This document shows positions 17,915-26,893 of a DNA stretch of 64,000 nt, piece after piece; the first letter of the stretch is position 1, and each line of letters starts with the position of its first letter. This DNA comes from Acidobacteriota bacterium. Its GTDB lineage: Bacteria; Acidobacteriota; Aminicenantia; Aminicenantales; Saccharicenantaceae. The stretch covers positions 1,130-65,129 of the forward strand of contig JAKPCG010000106.1 in assembly GCA_029553365.1 (NCBI GenBank). The letters are read 5' to 3'. The notes beneath the pieces are model-generated. The model was given only the letters and a program-made list of their open reading frames with translations, did not search any database and had not been told where the DNA came from. Both the position numbers and the translations under genes were made by a program.

Positions 17915-18613
17915 ATGCTTGTTTTGAGCCTGGATACAACCACCCGTTTCGGCTCAGTTGCTCTGGTCGAAGGGAAGAAGCTCTTAGCTGAAATCAATTA
18001 CCTTTCACCTTCTTCTCATTCTCGCCAGGTGTTTGAGGCCCTGGAGGCCTTGTTTAAAATTACCGGGAAAAAAATAAGTGAAGTAGACGGATTAGCGGTG
18101 GCCGCCGGACCAGGTTCTTTTACCGGCATCAGAATAGGTCTCAGTCTGGTGAAATCTTTATCTCTGGCTTCTGGCCGGCTGGTGGCGGCAGTTTCTGCTC
18201 TGACCGCTTTGGCCAGGAAATTGCTCTGGCCAGGCGTAAAAATCATAGCACCGGCGATTGATGCCAGAAAGGGTGAAATCTTTGCCTGCCTTTATCAGGT
18301 TGAAAAGTCAGAGCTGCAGGAGGTCGTACCGGCCGGTGCTTATGAACCGGAGAAGTTCCTGGCGATGATTTCAGCCGAGCATCCGATATATTTTATTGGA
18401 ACGGGAGTCGATGTTTATCTTCCACTTATTAAAACCAAACTTGGCGAGCAGGCGGTTATAACAGGAACAAGTTATTATCTGGCAGCTGAAATTGGCCGGC
18501 TGGGCGAAGTCGTATTGGCTCAGGGCAAAGGCCTGAAACCAGAGGAAGTCGAACCAATCTATTACCGCCCATCTCAGGCTGAGGAGAAAAAAACTGAGCA
18601 GGTCCAGAGATAA
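17915..18613 (+). CDS. tsaB: tRNA threonylcarbamoyladenosine (t6A) biosynthesis protein TsaB (YeaZ)
   Basis: MLVLSLDTTTRFGSVALVEGKK...; inactive Kae1/TsaD paralog fold; adjacent to rimI. Confidence 0.85.
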   Translation: MLVLSLDTTTRFGSVALVEGKKLLAEINYLSPSSHSRQVFEALEALFKITGKKISEVDGLAVAAGPGSFTGIRIGLSLVKSLSLASGRLVAAVSALTALARKLLWPGVKIIAPAIDARKGEIFACLYQVEKSELQEVVPAGAYEPEKFLAMISAEHPIYFIGTGVDVYLPLIKTKLGEQAVITGTSYYLAAEIGRLGEVVLAQGKGLKPEEVEPIYYRPSQAEEKKTEQVQR

Positions 18614-18632
18614 TCCACTTTTATTCCGCCGG

Positions 18633-19064
18633 ATGAGGCCTGAAGACCTGAAAGAGGTGCTGGCCATAGAGAAAGCTTGTTTTTCCAATCCCTGGACCAC
18701 CGATACTTTTTTGGGAGAAATTCAAAACAAAAGCATTTCCTTTCCGCTCGCCATCATCCATCTGGAAGACAGGAAGATCATTGGCTATATAATTTTCTGG
18801 CTAATAGGAAATGAAGCCCAGATTAATAATGTGGCCATACATCCCGATTATCAGGGGAAAGGCTACGGTGAACTGGCCATGCGCTATGTTCTGGAGCACT
18901 TGCGGGAGAGTGGAGCCGAGCTGGTAACTCTTGAGGTTAGAACCTCCAACCGCCCGGCTATAGCTTTATACCGCAAGCTGGGGTTTCAGATAATCGGTAT
19001 CCGAAAAGACTATTATACCAATCCAGTTGAAGATGCTTATTTGATGGGCCTGACTCTGGATTAA
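18633..19064 (+). CDS. rimI: Ribosomal-protein-alanine N-acetyltransferase (GNAT)
   Basis: MRPEDLKEVLAIEKACFSNPWT...QINNVAIHPDYQGKGYG, a GNAT motif A. Sits in the tsaB-rimI arrangement. Confidence 0.8.
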   Translation: MRPEDLKEVLAIEKACFSNPWTTDTFLGEIQNKSISFPLAIIHLEDRKIIGYIIFWLIGNEAQINNVAIHPDYQGKGYGELAMRYVLEHLRESGAELVTLEVRTSNRPAIALYRKLGFQIIGIRKDYYTNPVEDAYLMGLTLD

Positions 19065-19076
19065 TGAACAATTCAA

Positions 19077-19880
19077 TCAGTAGATGACCTTAACCAGGTA
19101 AAGTCCCCTGGCCGGAGCAGTGGGGCTAAGGCGGGTTCTCTTTTTACCTTTGAAAAGCTCTTCTATTCCTGCCGGGGCCAACCGGTTGCGCCCGACCATG
19201 AGCAGTGTTCCGACAATTGTCCTGACCATGTGGCGGAGGAAACCATTCGCTTCAATGGTAAAAACTAATTCTTCCTCTGTCTCTTCGAGGACAGAATGAT
19301 AGACATGTCTGACCGGGTATTGATAATAACCGGATGAAAAGGCAGTAAAATCATCTTCACGTTCAAAATACCTGGCGGCCAGGCACATAGCTTCCTTATT
19401 CAAGGGATAGGGATAATGAAAAACGTAGCGATAATCAAACGGGCTGAGAATGGCTGAAGTCTTAATCCGGTAACGGTAAATTTTCGAAAGAGCAGATTTC
19501 CGTGCCTGAAAATCCCAGGGTACTCTGGCCACCTCCATAATTCTGATGTCGGGAGGCAGTAAGGCATTAAGGGCCCGGATAAAGTCACTCTCTTTGAGGT
19601 GACTGACTGCCCGGAAGCTGGCTACCTGGCCGATAGCGTGTACTCCGGCATCAGTTCGACCAGCCGCCTGCAGTTTTATTGTCTGAGCTGTCAGGCGCTG
19701 GAGAGCATTTTCTATTAAAGCCTGAATGGTGATTTTGCCCGGTTGCCGCTGCCAGCCATGATATTCAGTTCCTTCGTAGGATATAACCAATTTAAAATTT
19801 TCGGTCCGGGATGAACCGCTGTCTGATGGAGCTGGTTCCGGCCTCTCCCCGGCCGAACTTAACACCCGCCTCTCACTCAT
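19077..19880 (-). CDS. truA: tRNA pseudouridine(38-40) synthase TruA
   Basis: KLVISYEGTEYHGWQRQPG, then ...AAGRTDAGVHAIGQV with the catalytic Asp. The 25-aa N-terminal leader may mean the true start is downstream. Confidence 0.9.
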   Translation of the reverse strand: MSERRVLSSAGERPEPAPSDSGSSRTENFKLVISYEGTEYHGWQRQPGKITIQALIENALQRLTAQTIKLQAAGRTDAGVHAIGQVASFRAVSHLKESDFIRALNALLPPDIRIMEVARVPWDFQARKSALSKIYRYRIKTSAILSPFDYRYVFHYPYPLNKEAMCLAARYFEREDDFTAFSSGYYQYPVRHVYHSVLEETEEELVFTIEANGFLRHMVRTIVGTLLMVGRNRLAPAGIEELFKGKKRTRLSPTAPARGLYLVKVIY

Positions 19881-19903
19881 GGTTTCTCTCAGCTTTAATT
19901 TTG

Positions 19904-20374
19904 CTATTTTCCATCTGACAGAGCCAGCTCAACGGCTTCACTGGCTGAGTTGACGGCCAGGACACCCTCAATTTTCCAGGTATTGACCCCCACCACTTTT
20001 TTATTATACAGACGAGCAAAAGCTATTTCGCTCAGTGTGCCGTATTCACCGTCTATGGCAATAACAATGTCAGCGTTAAGGACAACTATCGAGTTCCGGT
20101 TAAGACCAATACCAGTGGCCAGGGGGAGATCGATAAAAGGATTAGCTTCTTCCAGGTTGGTCCCGGGTAAAATGCCAATGGTTAGCCCGCCAGCTTCCCT
20201 GGCTCCCCGGGCAGCTGCTTCCATCACGCCGCTCAGGCCACCGCAAACCAGAATGGCCCCGGCTTGAGCCAGCTTCTGCCCGGTTTCATAAGCAATTTTT
20301 AGCGCCTCTTCACCCGGCTGGTGTCCGCCGATTACGGCTACTCTTCTGGCTTTTCTAAGGTTTTTTTCAATCAA
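19904..20374 (-). CDS. TIGR00725/LOG-like (SLOG Rossmann) family protein; start reassigned to a TTG
   Basis: VAVIGGHQPGEEALKIAYETGQKLAQAGAILVCGGLSGVMEAAARGA...GTLSE. The ATG-started ORF adds 25 atypical residues. An AAGGAGAG RBS sits 5 nt before the in-frame TTG, giving MIEKNLRKARRVAVIGG. Confidence 0.65.
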   Translation of the reverse strand: MIEKNLRKARRVAVIGGHQPGEEALKIAYETGQKLAQAGAILVCGGLSGVMEAAARGAREAGGLTIGILPGTNLEEANPFIDLPLATGIGLNRNSIVVLNADIVIAIDGEYGTLSEIAFARLYNKKVVGVNTWKIEGVLAVNSASEAVELALSDGK

Positions 20375-20560
20375 TTCTGCTCTCCTTTCGGAACCTGTAT
20401 CATCGGTTGACCTGAGGCTGACAATACAGGCAAAGACAAAAAATACCATAGCTCCTGCTCCAATTCAAAGGTCTGCAGTTTTAAATAATTCAATTAAAGG
20501 TTGGGAAATTTGACTAAAAGTAAGTGAATATGATATCTATATCTAAACTCGAGAAAAAAA

Positions 20561-21418
20561 ATGGCCTATGTTAACTATGTAACCAAAAATATGGCCATTA
20601 AGATTGTCTATTATGGCCCAGGGCTCAGTGGTAAGACTACCAATCTCCGCTATATCTATTTTAAGCTCGAACCCGCCTATCGGGGAGAGTTGGTTTGCCT
20701 GGAGACGCCGGCTGAAAGGACATTCTTTTTTGACCTTCTGCCGATCAAAGCCGGCCTGATCAAAGATTTCAAGGTTCATTTTCAGTTGCTGACCGTGCCC
20801 GGTCAGGTGTTTTATGAGGCTTCAAGAAAAAGCGTTTTGAAGGGAGCAGATGGCATCGTCTTTGTGGCTGATTCTCAGCTACCACTCCTCGAGGCCAACC
20901 TGGAAAGTTTTGACGGTCTCAGGAAAAACTGTTTGGAGCAGGGAATAGACCTTAACCGCATTCCGCTTGTTTTCCAGTATAATAAAAGAGATTTGCCCAA
21001 TCTGATTCCAGTAGAGACGCTCAACCGCTTGTTGAATTCAAGAAATTGTCCTTATATCGAAGCTGAGGCCATCAATGGCCGGGGAGTCCTGGAGACTCTT
21101 AAAGAAATAGCCAGGCTAACTGTGCCGGTGGTTAGAGCCAGTGTCTTTGGTGAAAATGTCAGCCAGAGTGAAAAAGCCCGGGAGGCGCCGGCTGAACCGG
21201 CCAGGATTTTGACCACTTCTGAACTCAGGGATGAGGTTGACCGGCCGGCCCCAAAAAGAAAAGCGGAGAAAAAACCAGAAGAGGCTCCGATCGAGTTCGT
21301 TAAACCAGGGAATGAAGCTCCTTTCCCGACGACCAGAATAAAAGTCCAATCAATAGAAGATATTGAACAGGAAATTGAACGTCTGTCCCGCGAGTTCGGG
21401 CTGGCCAAGAAAAAATAA
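20561..21418 (+). CDS. MglA-family Ras-like small GTPase with about 90-aa Lys/Glu/Pro-rich C-terminal extension; no adjacent MglB
   Basis: N-terminus [33 protein letters not shown] closely resembles MglA (…[30 protein letters not shown]). NKRD motif present. Tail reads ...[17 protein letters not shown]...[17 protein letters not shown]. Confidence 0.75.
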   Translation: [285 protein letters not shown]

Positions 21419-21450
21419 CAAACAGCCTGAGAATTATTGTTTTCCTATTC

Positions 21451-21469
21451 GTCCCTTCTTTTAAGGGAC
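21451..21469 (+). promoter_or_regulatory. Hairpin (GTCCCTT-cttt[t]-AAGGGAC) whose 3' arm is the only SD-like sequence before the comM ATG
   Basis: 7-bp stem ends 1 nt before the ATG at 21471, and AAGGGA is the only RBS-like element. Either a terminator for the GTPase gene or an SD-sequestering structure. Confidence 0.3.
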
Positions 21470-21470
21470 A

Positions 21471-22985
21471 ATGCTGGTAAGAATTCTGAGTGCTTCTCTT
21501 CATGGGATAGAAGCCTATCAGGTAGAGGTGGAAGTCGATATTTCGCCGGGCCTGCCGGCTTTTGTTATCGTTGGCCTGCCTGATGCCGCCGTCCGTGAAA
21601 GCAAAGAAAGGGTCAGAGCGGCTCTGCGCAACTGTGGTTTTGACTTTCCCGCCAAGAAGATAATTATTAATTTAGCTCCAGCCAGTCGGAAAAAAGAAGG
21701 CTCTTCTTTTGATCTGCCGGTAGCCCTGGGCCTGCTGGCCTTTCTGGGAGTGGTAAAATCGGAAAATCTGAGTCGCTTTCTTTTTGTCGGTGAACTGACT
21801 CTGGAAGGAAGTTTGAAATCGGTCAGAGGAGCCCTGCCTTTTTCCCTTCTGGCAGCAGAAAAGAAATTGTCAGGCCTCATTTTACCCCGAAAGAATGAGA
21901 AAGAAGCCTGTCTGGTGAGGAATTTGCCTGTCTATGGGATGGATCATCTGCTGGAAGTCGTGAAGTTGCTCAATGGAGAAGCTGACATAAAAGCGGCCAG
22001 CTATTCGCTGTCTGATTTGATTGGAGAAGTCAAATCAGACGTTGATTTTTCGGAGGTGAGAGGTCAGCAGCAGGCTAAAAGGGCCCTGGAGGTGGCAGCC
22101 GCGGGCGGGCATAATATTCTGCTCATCGGACCGCCCGGTTCAGGGAAGACCATGCTGGCCAGGCGTCTGCCGACCATTCTGCCTGATATGGTATTCGAAG
22201 AAATAATTGAGGTCACCCAGATCTACAGCGCAGCTGGCCTTTTAGGGAATCGGGCAGCTATCAGTCAGAGGCCCTTTCGGGCTCCGCACCATACTATCAC
22301 TGATACTGGGCTGGTTGGGGGCGGCAACTTCCCACGGCCTGGTGAGGTCAGTCTGGCTCATCGGGGCGTGCTTTTTATGGATGAATTCCCAGAATTTGGC
22401 CGCCAGGCACTGGAAAGCCTGCGTCAGCCCTTGGAAGATGGCCACGTTACCATTTCGCGGGTGGCTTCCAGCTTGACTTTTCCCTGTTCCTTTATGCTGG
22501 TTGCAGCCATGAATCCATGCAGTGATGTATTTCTTGGTTCTGGACTGGGAGTGAACTGCACAGAAATCGAAAGGAGAAAATATTATTCGAGATTATCCAG
22601 ACCACTGCTGGATAGAATCGATATTCAAATCGAAGTTCCCGCTGTAAAATACCAGGATATAATCGGGCGACCTCCTGGCGAATCTTCCGCTGAGATTAAA
22701 AAAAGGGTTTCGGCGGCCAGAAAAATTCAACTGGAAAGATTTAAAGGGAAAAAGATATTGTCGAATTCACAAATGAGTTCCAGGGATCTGGGACAGTTCT
22801 GTCGGGTAGAAGCTGAAGGGCAGAAACTACTGGAAACAGCTATGAAGAGGTTTCAGTTCAGTGCCAGAGCTTACGACCGGATTTTAAAAGTGGCCAGGAC
22901 GATTGCTGATCTGTCCGGTCAGGAAAATCTATCGGCTTCAGCTCTGGGCGAAGCTGTCCAGTATCGTCTCCTGGACATCTTTTAA
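21471..22985 (+). CDS. comM: YifB/ComM-family Mg-chelatase-like AAA+ ATPase
   Basis: MLVRILSASLHGIEAYQVEVEVDIS (Lon-like N-domain), Walker A LLIGPPGSGKTMLA, and sensor motifs. Confidence 0.9.
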   Translation: MLVRILSASLHGIEAYQVEVEVDISPGLPAFVIVGLPDAAVRESKERVRAALRNCGFDFPAKKIIINLAPASRKKEGSSFDLPVALGLLAFLGVVKSENLSRFLFVGELTLEGSLKSVRGALPFSLLAAEKKLSGLILPRKNEKEACLVRNLPVYGMDHLLEVVKLLNGEADIKAASYSLSDLIGEVKSDVDFSEVRGQQQAKRALEVAAAGGHNILLIGPPGSGKTMLARRLPTILPDMVFEEIIEVTQIYSAAGLLGNRAAISQRPFRAPHHTITDTGLVGGGNFPRPGEVSLAHRGVLFMDEFPEFGRQALESLRQPLEDGHVTISRVASSLTFPCSFMLVAAMNPCSDVFLGSGLGVNCTEIERRKYYSRLSRPLLDRIDIQIEVPAVKYQDIIGRPPGESSAEIKKRVSAARKIQLERFKGKKILSNSQMSSRDLGQFCRVEAEGQKLLETAMKRFQFSARAYDRILKVARTIADLSGQENLSASALGEAVQYRLLDIF

Positions 22986-22991
22986 TTAACG

Positions 22992-23020
22992 TTGACTTTT
23001 GAGCTTCATTTATCTATATT
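22992..23020 (+). promoter_or_regulatory. Near-consensus sigma70 promoter (TTGACT, 17 nt, TATATT) for the permease gene; leader of 12 nt or less
   Basis: cgTTGACTtttgagcttcatttatcTATATTacgccaataaaaATG. The TSS would fall 5-12 nt from the ATG with no SD. Confidence 0.5.
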
Positions 23021-23032
23021 ACGCCAATAAAA

Positions 23033-24385
23033 ATGGACAGCAAATCTAAGGTCAGTCCCGGCCAACCCAGAAATCAATTGCTGCGGGTCTTTGGCCTGTT
23101 TGACGTGACTTCCATTGTCATTGGAGGCATTATTGGCTCCGGAATTTTTATGGTTCCTGCTGAAATCGCCAGCGCCGTCAAATCACCCCTGCTGATGCTG
23201 GCTGTCTGGGTAGTCGGCGGTTTTCTGAGTTTTCTGGGCGCCCTGGCCCTGGCTGAACTTGGCGCGGCCCTGCCCGAGGCTGGTGGGATTTATGTTTATC
23301 TTCGTGAGTCCTATGGCTCGTTTATCTCTTTTCTTTTCGGCTGGACGCTTTTTTTCGTTATTGATTCAGGGGCTATTGCTACTCTGGCTGTGGCTTTCTC
23401 TGCCAACTATCTGCCTTATTTTATAGAAATGTCTCCACTCATGACCAAACTGGCAGCAGTGGTCTTTATCGTTTTTCTGGCTACGGTGAATTATTTTGGC
23501 GCCAGACAGGGTGGAAATTTGCAGAATCTGTTAACGGTAATAAAACTAGTGGGCATCTTCGGTATCTGTGCCGCTGTCTTCCTTTCAGGGAAAGGGAATC
23601 CAGCCAATTTTGTCACCCCAGGAGTTGGTGGATTTTCTCTCGATTTGCTCAGCAGTTTTGGAGTCGCTCTGATTGCTACCTTCTGGGCTTATAAAGGCTG
23701 GGAAACGGCCACTTATAGCGCCGGTGAAGTAAAAAATCCAGAAAAAAATCTACCGCTGGGGATTCTGATTGGATTATTTGGTGTTATTATCATTTATTTG
23801 CTGGCTAATCTGGCTTATCTGTATATTTTACCTTCTTCGGCGATAGCCACTTCAGACCGAGTTGCAGCTGACGTCATGATGGTGGCTGTTGGACCACTTG
23901 GTGCTTCTATTATCTCTGTAATTATTCTTTTTTCCATCCTGGGCTCAGCCAATCAGAACATGCTTTGCTCCCCCCGGGTCTATTATGCGATGGCTCAGGA
24001 CAAGCTGTTTTTTAAGGCCATAGCCAGAATTCATCCCCGTTTTAAGACTCCTTATGTTTCGATCATTGCTATCAGCCTCTGGAGTATAGTTCTTAGCCTG
24101 TCCGGGACATTTGATCAGCTTTTTACTTATGTGATTTTTGGTGAGTGGATCTTTTTTGGCCTGACGGTGGCAGCTGTCTTTATTTTGCGTCGTAAAAGAC
24201 CGGATTTACCCAGACCTTATAAGACCTGGGGTTATCCCTGGGCTCCAGCCCTGTTTGTTCTGGCTGCCCTGGCCATATCGGTCAATTCTTTAATCAAACA
24301 GTTCTTAAATTCCATGGCTGGACTGGGGATTATTTTTCTTGGAGTTCCAGCTTATCTTTACTGGAAGAGAAAACAAAAAGACTGA
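23033..24385 (+). CDS. Amino acid permease (APC superfamily, about 12 transmembrane segments)
   Basis: 450 aa with repeated hydrophobic helices. N-terminal GGIIGSGIFMVPAEIA and a conserved G(Y)(K)GWE region, typical of the APC/AAT family. Confidence 0.8.
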   Translation: MDSKSKVSPGQPRNQLLRVFGLFDVTSIVIGGIIGSGIFMVPAEIASAVKSPLLMLAVWVVGGFLSFLGALALAELGAALPEAGGIYVYLRESYGSFISFLFGWTLFFVIDSGAIATLAVAFSANYLPYFIEMSPLMTKLAAVVFIVFLATVNYFGARQGGNLQNLLTVIKLVGIFGICAAVFLSGKGNPANFVTPGVGGFSLDLLSSFGVALIATFWAYKGWETATYSAGEVKNPEKNLPLGILIGLFGVIIIYLLANLAYLYILPSSAIATSDRVAADVMMVAVGPLGASIISVIILFSILGSANQNMLCSPRVYYAMAQDKLFFKAIARIHPRFKTPYVSIIAISLWSIVLSLSGTFDQLFTYVIFGEWIFFGLTVAAVFILRRKRPDLPRPYKTWGYPWAPALFVLAALAISVNSLIKQFLNSMAGLGIIFLGVPAYLYWKRKQKD

Positions 24386-24407
24386 TCGGGCTGGATCTTT
24401 AAGCCAT

Positions 24408-25682
24408 TTATTGTTTAAATTGCCCCTCATCAACCACTATCTTTCCTTGCTTGATAACTGTCCTGACTGGATTTCTCCCCAGTTCATAAGCCAGGTGAAT
24501 ATAGGAGGGGAGGCCAGCCAGGAGGAGATCAAAAGACTTGCCGACTTCAATTGAGCCCACTTCATCCTGGCGATCAATGGCATAAGCGGCATTGATCGTG
24601 CAGGCATTCAGGGCTTCCTCTACTGTCATCTTCATGGTAAAAACGCCCAGTTGCAGCACAAAAAGCATCGACAGCAAATTTGAACTGCCTGGATTAAAGT
24701 CGCTGGCCAGGGCGACGATTGCCCCGCGATCGATCAGTTCTCTGGCCGGCGCCTTTTTATCGGACATAAGGAAAAAGGAAACTCCGGGGAGAAGAACTGC
24801 CGCTGTCCGGCTACCAGCTAATTTTTCCAGGCCGGCAGGAGTGATATTGATCAGGTGCTCGACTGACCTCGCTCCGAGTTCTACTCCCAGTTCTGTGCCA
24901 CCGATCGGCACAAATTCATCAGCATGGATTTTAAGTTTATAGCCAAGTTTGAGAGCGGCCACAGCCAGTTCTCTGGTTTCTTCCAGATTAAAAACGGTTG
25001 GTTCGCAGAATATATCAAAAAACTCGGCCAGATTAGCCTGTTTGACTTCAGGCATCATCTCTTCTTTTAACCATTTGATATAAAGCCCGTGATCAGACTT
25101 ATATTCTGGTGGTATCTCGTGAGCCCCCATAAAAGTGGGCACAATTGATACAGGCTGCCGGTTGGCCAGGCTGTGTAGCACCAGCAGCTGCTTGAGTTCG
25201 TCCTGACGATTAAGGCCATAGCCGCTTTTGGCCTCAATGGTTGTTGTCCCGTTAAGCAGCATTATTTCCAGCCTTTTCAAGCAGATAGCCTCCAGCTCCT
25301 CAGCTGAAATCGACCTGGTGGCCTTGACTGTTGTCTGAATACCCAGTCCCATTTCTGCCAGCTGCTGGTAGGTATAGCCGGCTATTCTCAGGGAAAACTC
25401 CCTGGCTCGGTCACCGGCAAAAGGCAGGTGAGTGTGACAATCAACGAAGCCAGGCAGACCAACCAGGCCAGAAGCATCAATGACCCGGGCCTTCTCACTT
25501 AAAGAGACCCTGGCCCGAAAATCATTTTCCTGACCGACAAAGACAATCCGCCCGCTGGAGCCAGCTACCCAGGCCTTTTCTAAAAGTCCTACCTCCTTCA
25601 TGGCTTTTTTGACCCTGAATTTCTCTCCGGCACAGGTAACTAGTTGTGAAATATTGGCAACAACTGTATCAGCGTAAATCAC
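24408..25682 (-). CDS. Imidazolonepropionase-family amidohydrolase (HutI-like); GTG start overlapping the ftsZ 3' end
   Basis: [43 protein letters not shown] matches the HutI metal-binding region. AAGGAA RBS 8 nt before the GTG start. No hutH or hutU nearby. Confidence 0.65.
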   Translation of the reverse strand: MIYADTVVANISQLVTCAGEKFRVKKAMKEVGLLEKAWVAGSSGRIVFVGQENDFRARVSLSEKARVIDASGLVGLPGFVDCHTHLPFAGDRAREFSLRIAGYTYQQLAEMGLGIQTTVKATRSISAEELEAICLKRLEIMLLNGTTTIEAKSGYGLNRQDELKQLLVLHSLANRQPVSIVPTFMGAHEIPPEYKSDHGLYIKWLKEEMMPEVKQANLAEFFDIFCEPTVFNLEETRELAVAALKLGYKLKIHADEFVPIGGTELGVELGARSVEHLINITPAGLEKLAGSRTAAVLLPGVSFFLMSDKKAPARELIDRGAIVALASDFNPGSSNLLSMLFVLQLGVFTMKMTVEEALNACTINAAYAIDRQDEVGSIEVGKSFDLLLAGLPSYIHLAYELGRNPVRTVIKQGKIVVDEGQFKQ

Positions 25683-26880
25683 TGGGTGTTTTCCTTATGG
25701 CTGCTTGCCTCATTTTTCTCATGAAAGCCGGAATATTCATTTCATTCCAGTCAGGCTCAGACTGGCCGGCTTCCAGGAATGGCTCCTGATTGCCTTTTGG
25801 TTCAAAAACATAAGGTGGAGTAGAAGAGGTAACTGGCACGGCTGGTTGAGACCTGGTAAGCCTGGTTCTTATTTCTTCAGTTGTCGGACGTTTGCTTTCC
25901 CGATGTTCGAAGCCGGTAGCGATAACTGTGATCTTGATAGCTTCTTTCATCTCCTCGTCGAGGACGGTGCCAAAAATAATGTTGGCTTCTGGATCAGCCA
26001 GACTCGTAATGAGCTGAGAGGCTTTAGAAACTTCATGCAGGGTCATATCTTTTCCACCGGTGACATTGATCAGAACTCCCCTGGCCCCTTCAATAGAAGT
26101 ATCCACCAGCAGGGGGCTGCTGATGGCCTTCTGAGCCGCCTCCACTGCTCTGTTTTCTCCTGAGGCCAGGCCTGTTCCCATAAAAGCCATGCCCATGCCC
26201 TTCATGATTGACTTGACATCGGCAAAATCAAGGTTAATCAAACCCGGTCTGGTTATTAGATCAGAAATACCCTGGGTTGCCTGGCGTAAAACATCGTCGG
26301 CCAGCCGGAATGATTCGGAAATAGAGGTGTTGAGATTGACAGTTTCCAGAAGTCTTTCATTGGGGATGGCTATAACTGTGTCAACGACCTGTTTAAGTTC
26401 CTGCAAGCCTTCTTCTGCCTGCCGGAATCTCACCCGGCCCTCAAAATTAAAGGGCATGGTAACAATGGCAATAACCAGAATATCCATCCCCGTGGCCAGA
26501 TTGGCGATGACCGGTGTAGCCCCGGTGCCTGTCCCACCGCCCAGGCCAGTGGTCAGAAATACCATGTCAGCCCCTTCCATAACCTCAGCCAGGCGGTCAG
26601 TGTCTTCTTCGGCTGCTTGCCGGCCAACCTTTGGATCACCGCCAGATCCCAGTCCCTTGGTTAGTTTGTCGCCTATCTGAATCTTAACCGGGGCAAGGTT
26701 GGTCGAAAGAGCCTGTTTATCAGTATTAACCACAATGAAATCGACTCCTTCAATTCCTGCCTCGATCATGCGGTTAACAGCATTGCCGCCACCACCGCCA
26801 ACACCTATCACCTTAATTTTGGCTCCGAATGGCTCTTCTGCTAAACGAAACTTTATTTTGCTACCAGCATCGTCTCTCAT
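25669..26880 (-). CDS. ftsZ: Cell division GTPase FtsZ
   Basis: [18 protein letters not shown] tubulin signature; C-terminal [11 protein letters not shown] peptide. Start moved to the internal ATG ([11 protein letters not shown]) with an AGGAGG RBS 5 nt upstream; the longer ORF would add 26 residues. Confidence 0.95.
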   Translation of the reverse strand: MRDDAGSKIKFRLAEEPFGAKIKVIGVGGGGGNAVNRMIEAGIEGVDFIVVNTDKQALSTNLAPVKIQIGDKLTKGLGSGGDPKVGRQAAEEDTDRLAEVMEGADMVFLTTGLGGGTGTGATPVIANLATGMDILVIAIVTMPFNFEGRVRFRQAEEGLQELKQVVDTVIAIPNERLLETVNLNTSISESFRLADDVLRQATQGISDLITRPGLINLDFADVKSIMKGMGMAFMGTGLASGENRAVEAAQKAISSPLLVDTSIEGARGVLINVTGGKDMTLHEVSKASQLITSLADPEANIIFGTVLDEEMKEAIKITVIATGFEHRESKRPTTEEIRTRLTRSQPAVPVTSSTPPYVFEPKGNQEPFLEAGQSEPDWNEMNIPAFMRKMRQAAIRKTPSDLR

Positions 26881-26893
26881 CTTCTCCTCCTTT

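Noticed and set aside
21052-21408. 118-aa minus-strand ORF opposite the MglA-like C-terminal extension
   Set aside because: Antisense shadow of the low-complexity tail. Its presence does not argue against the extension being translated.
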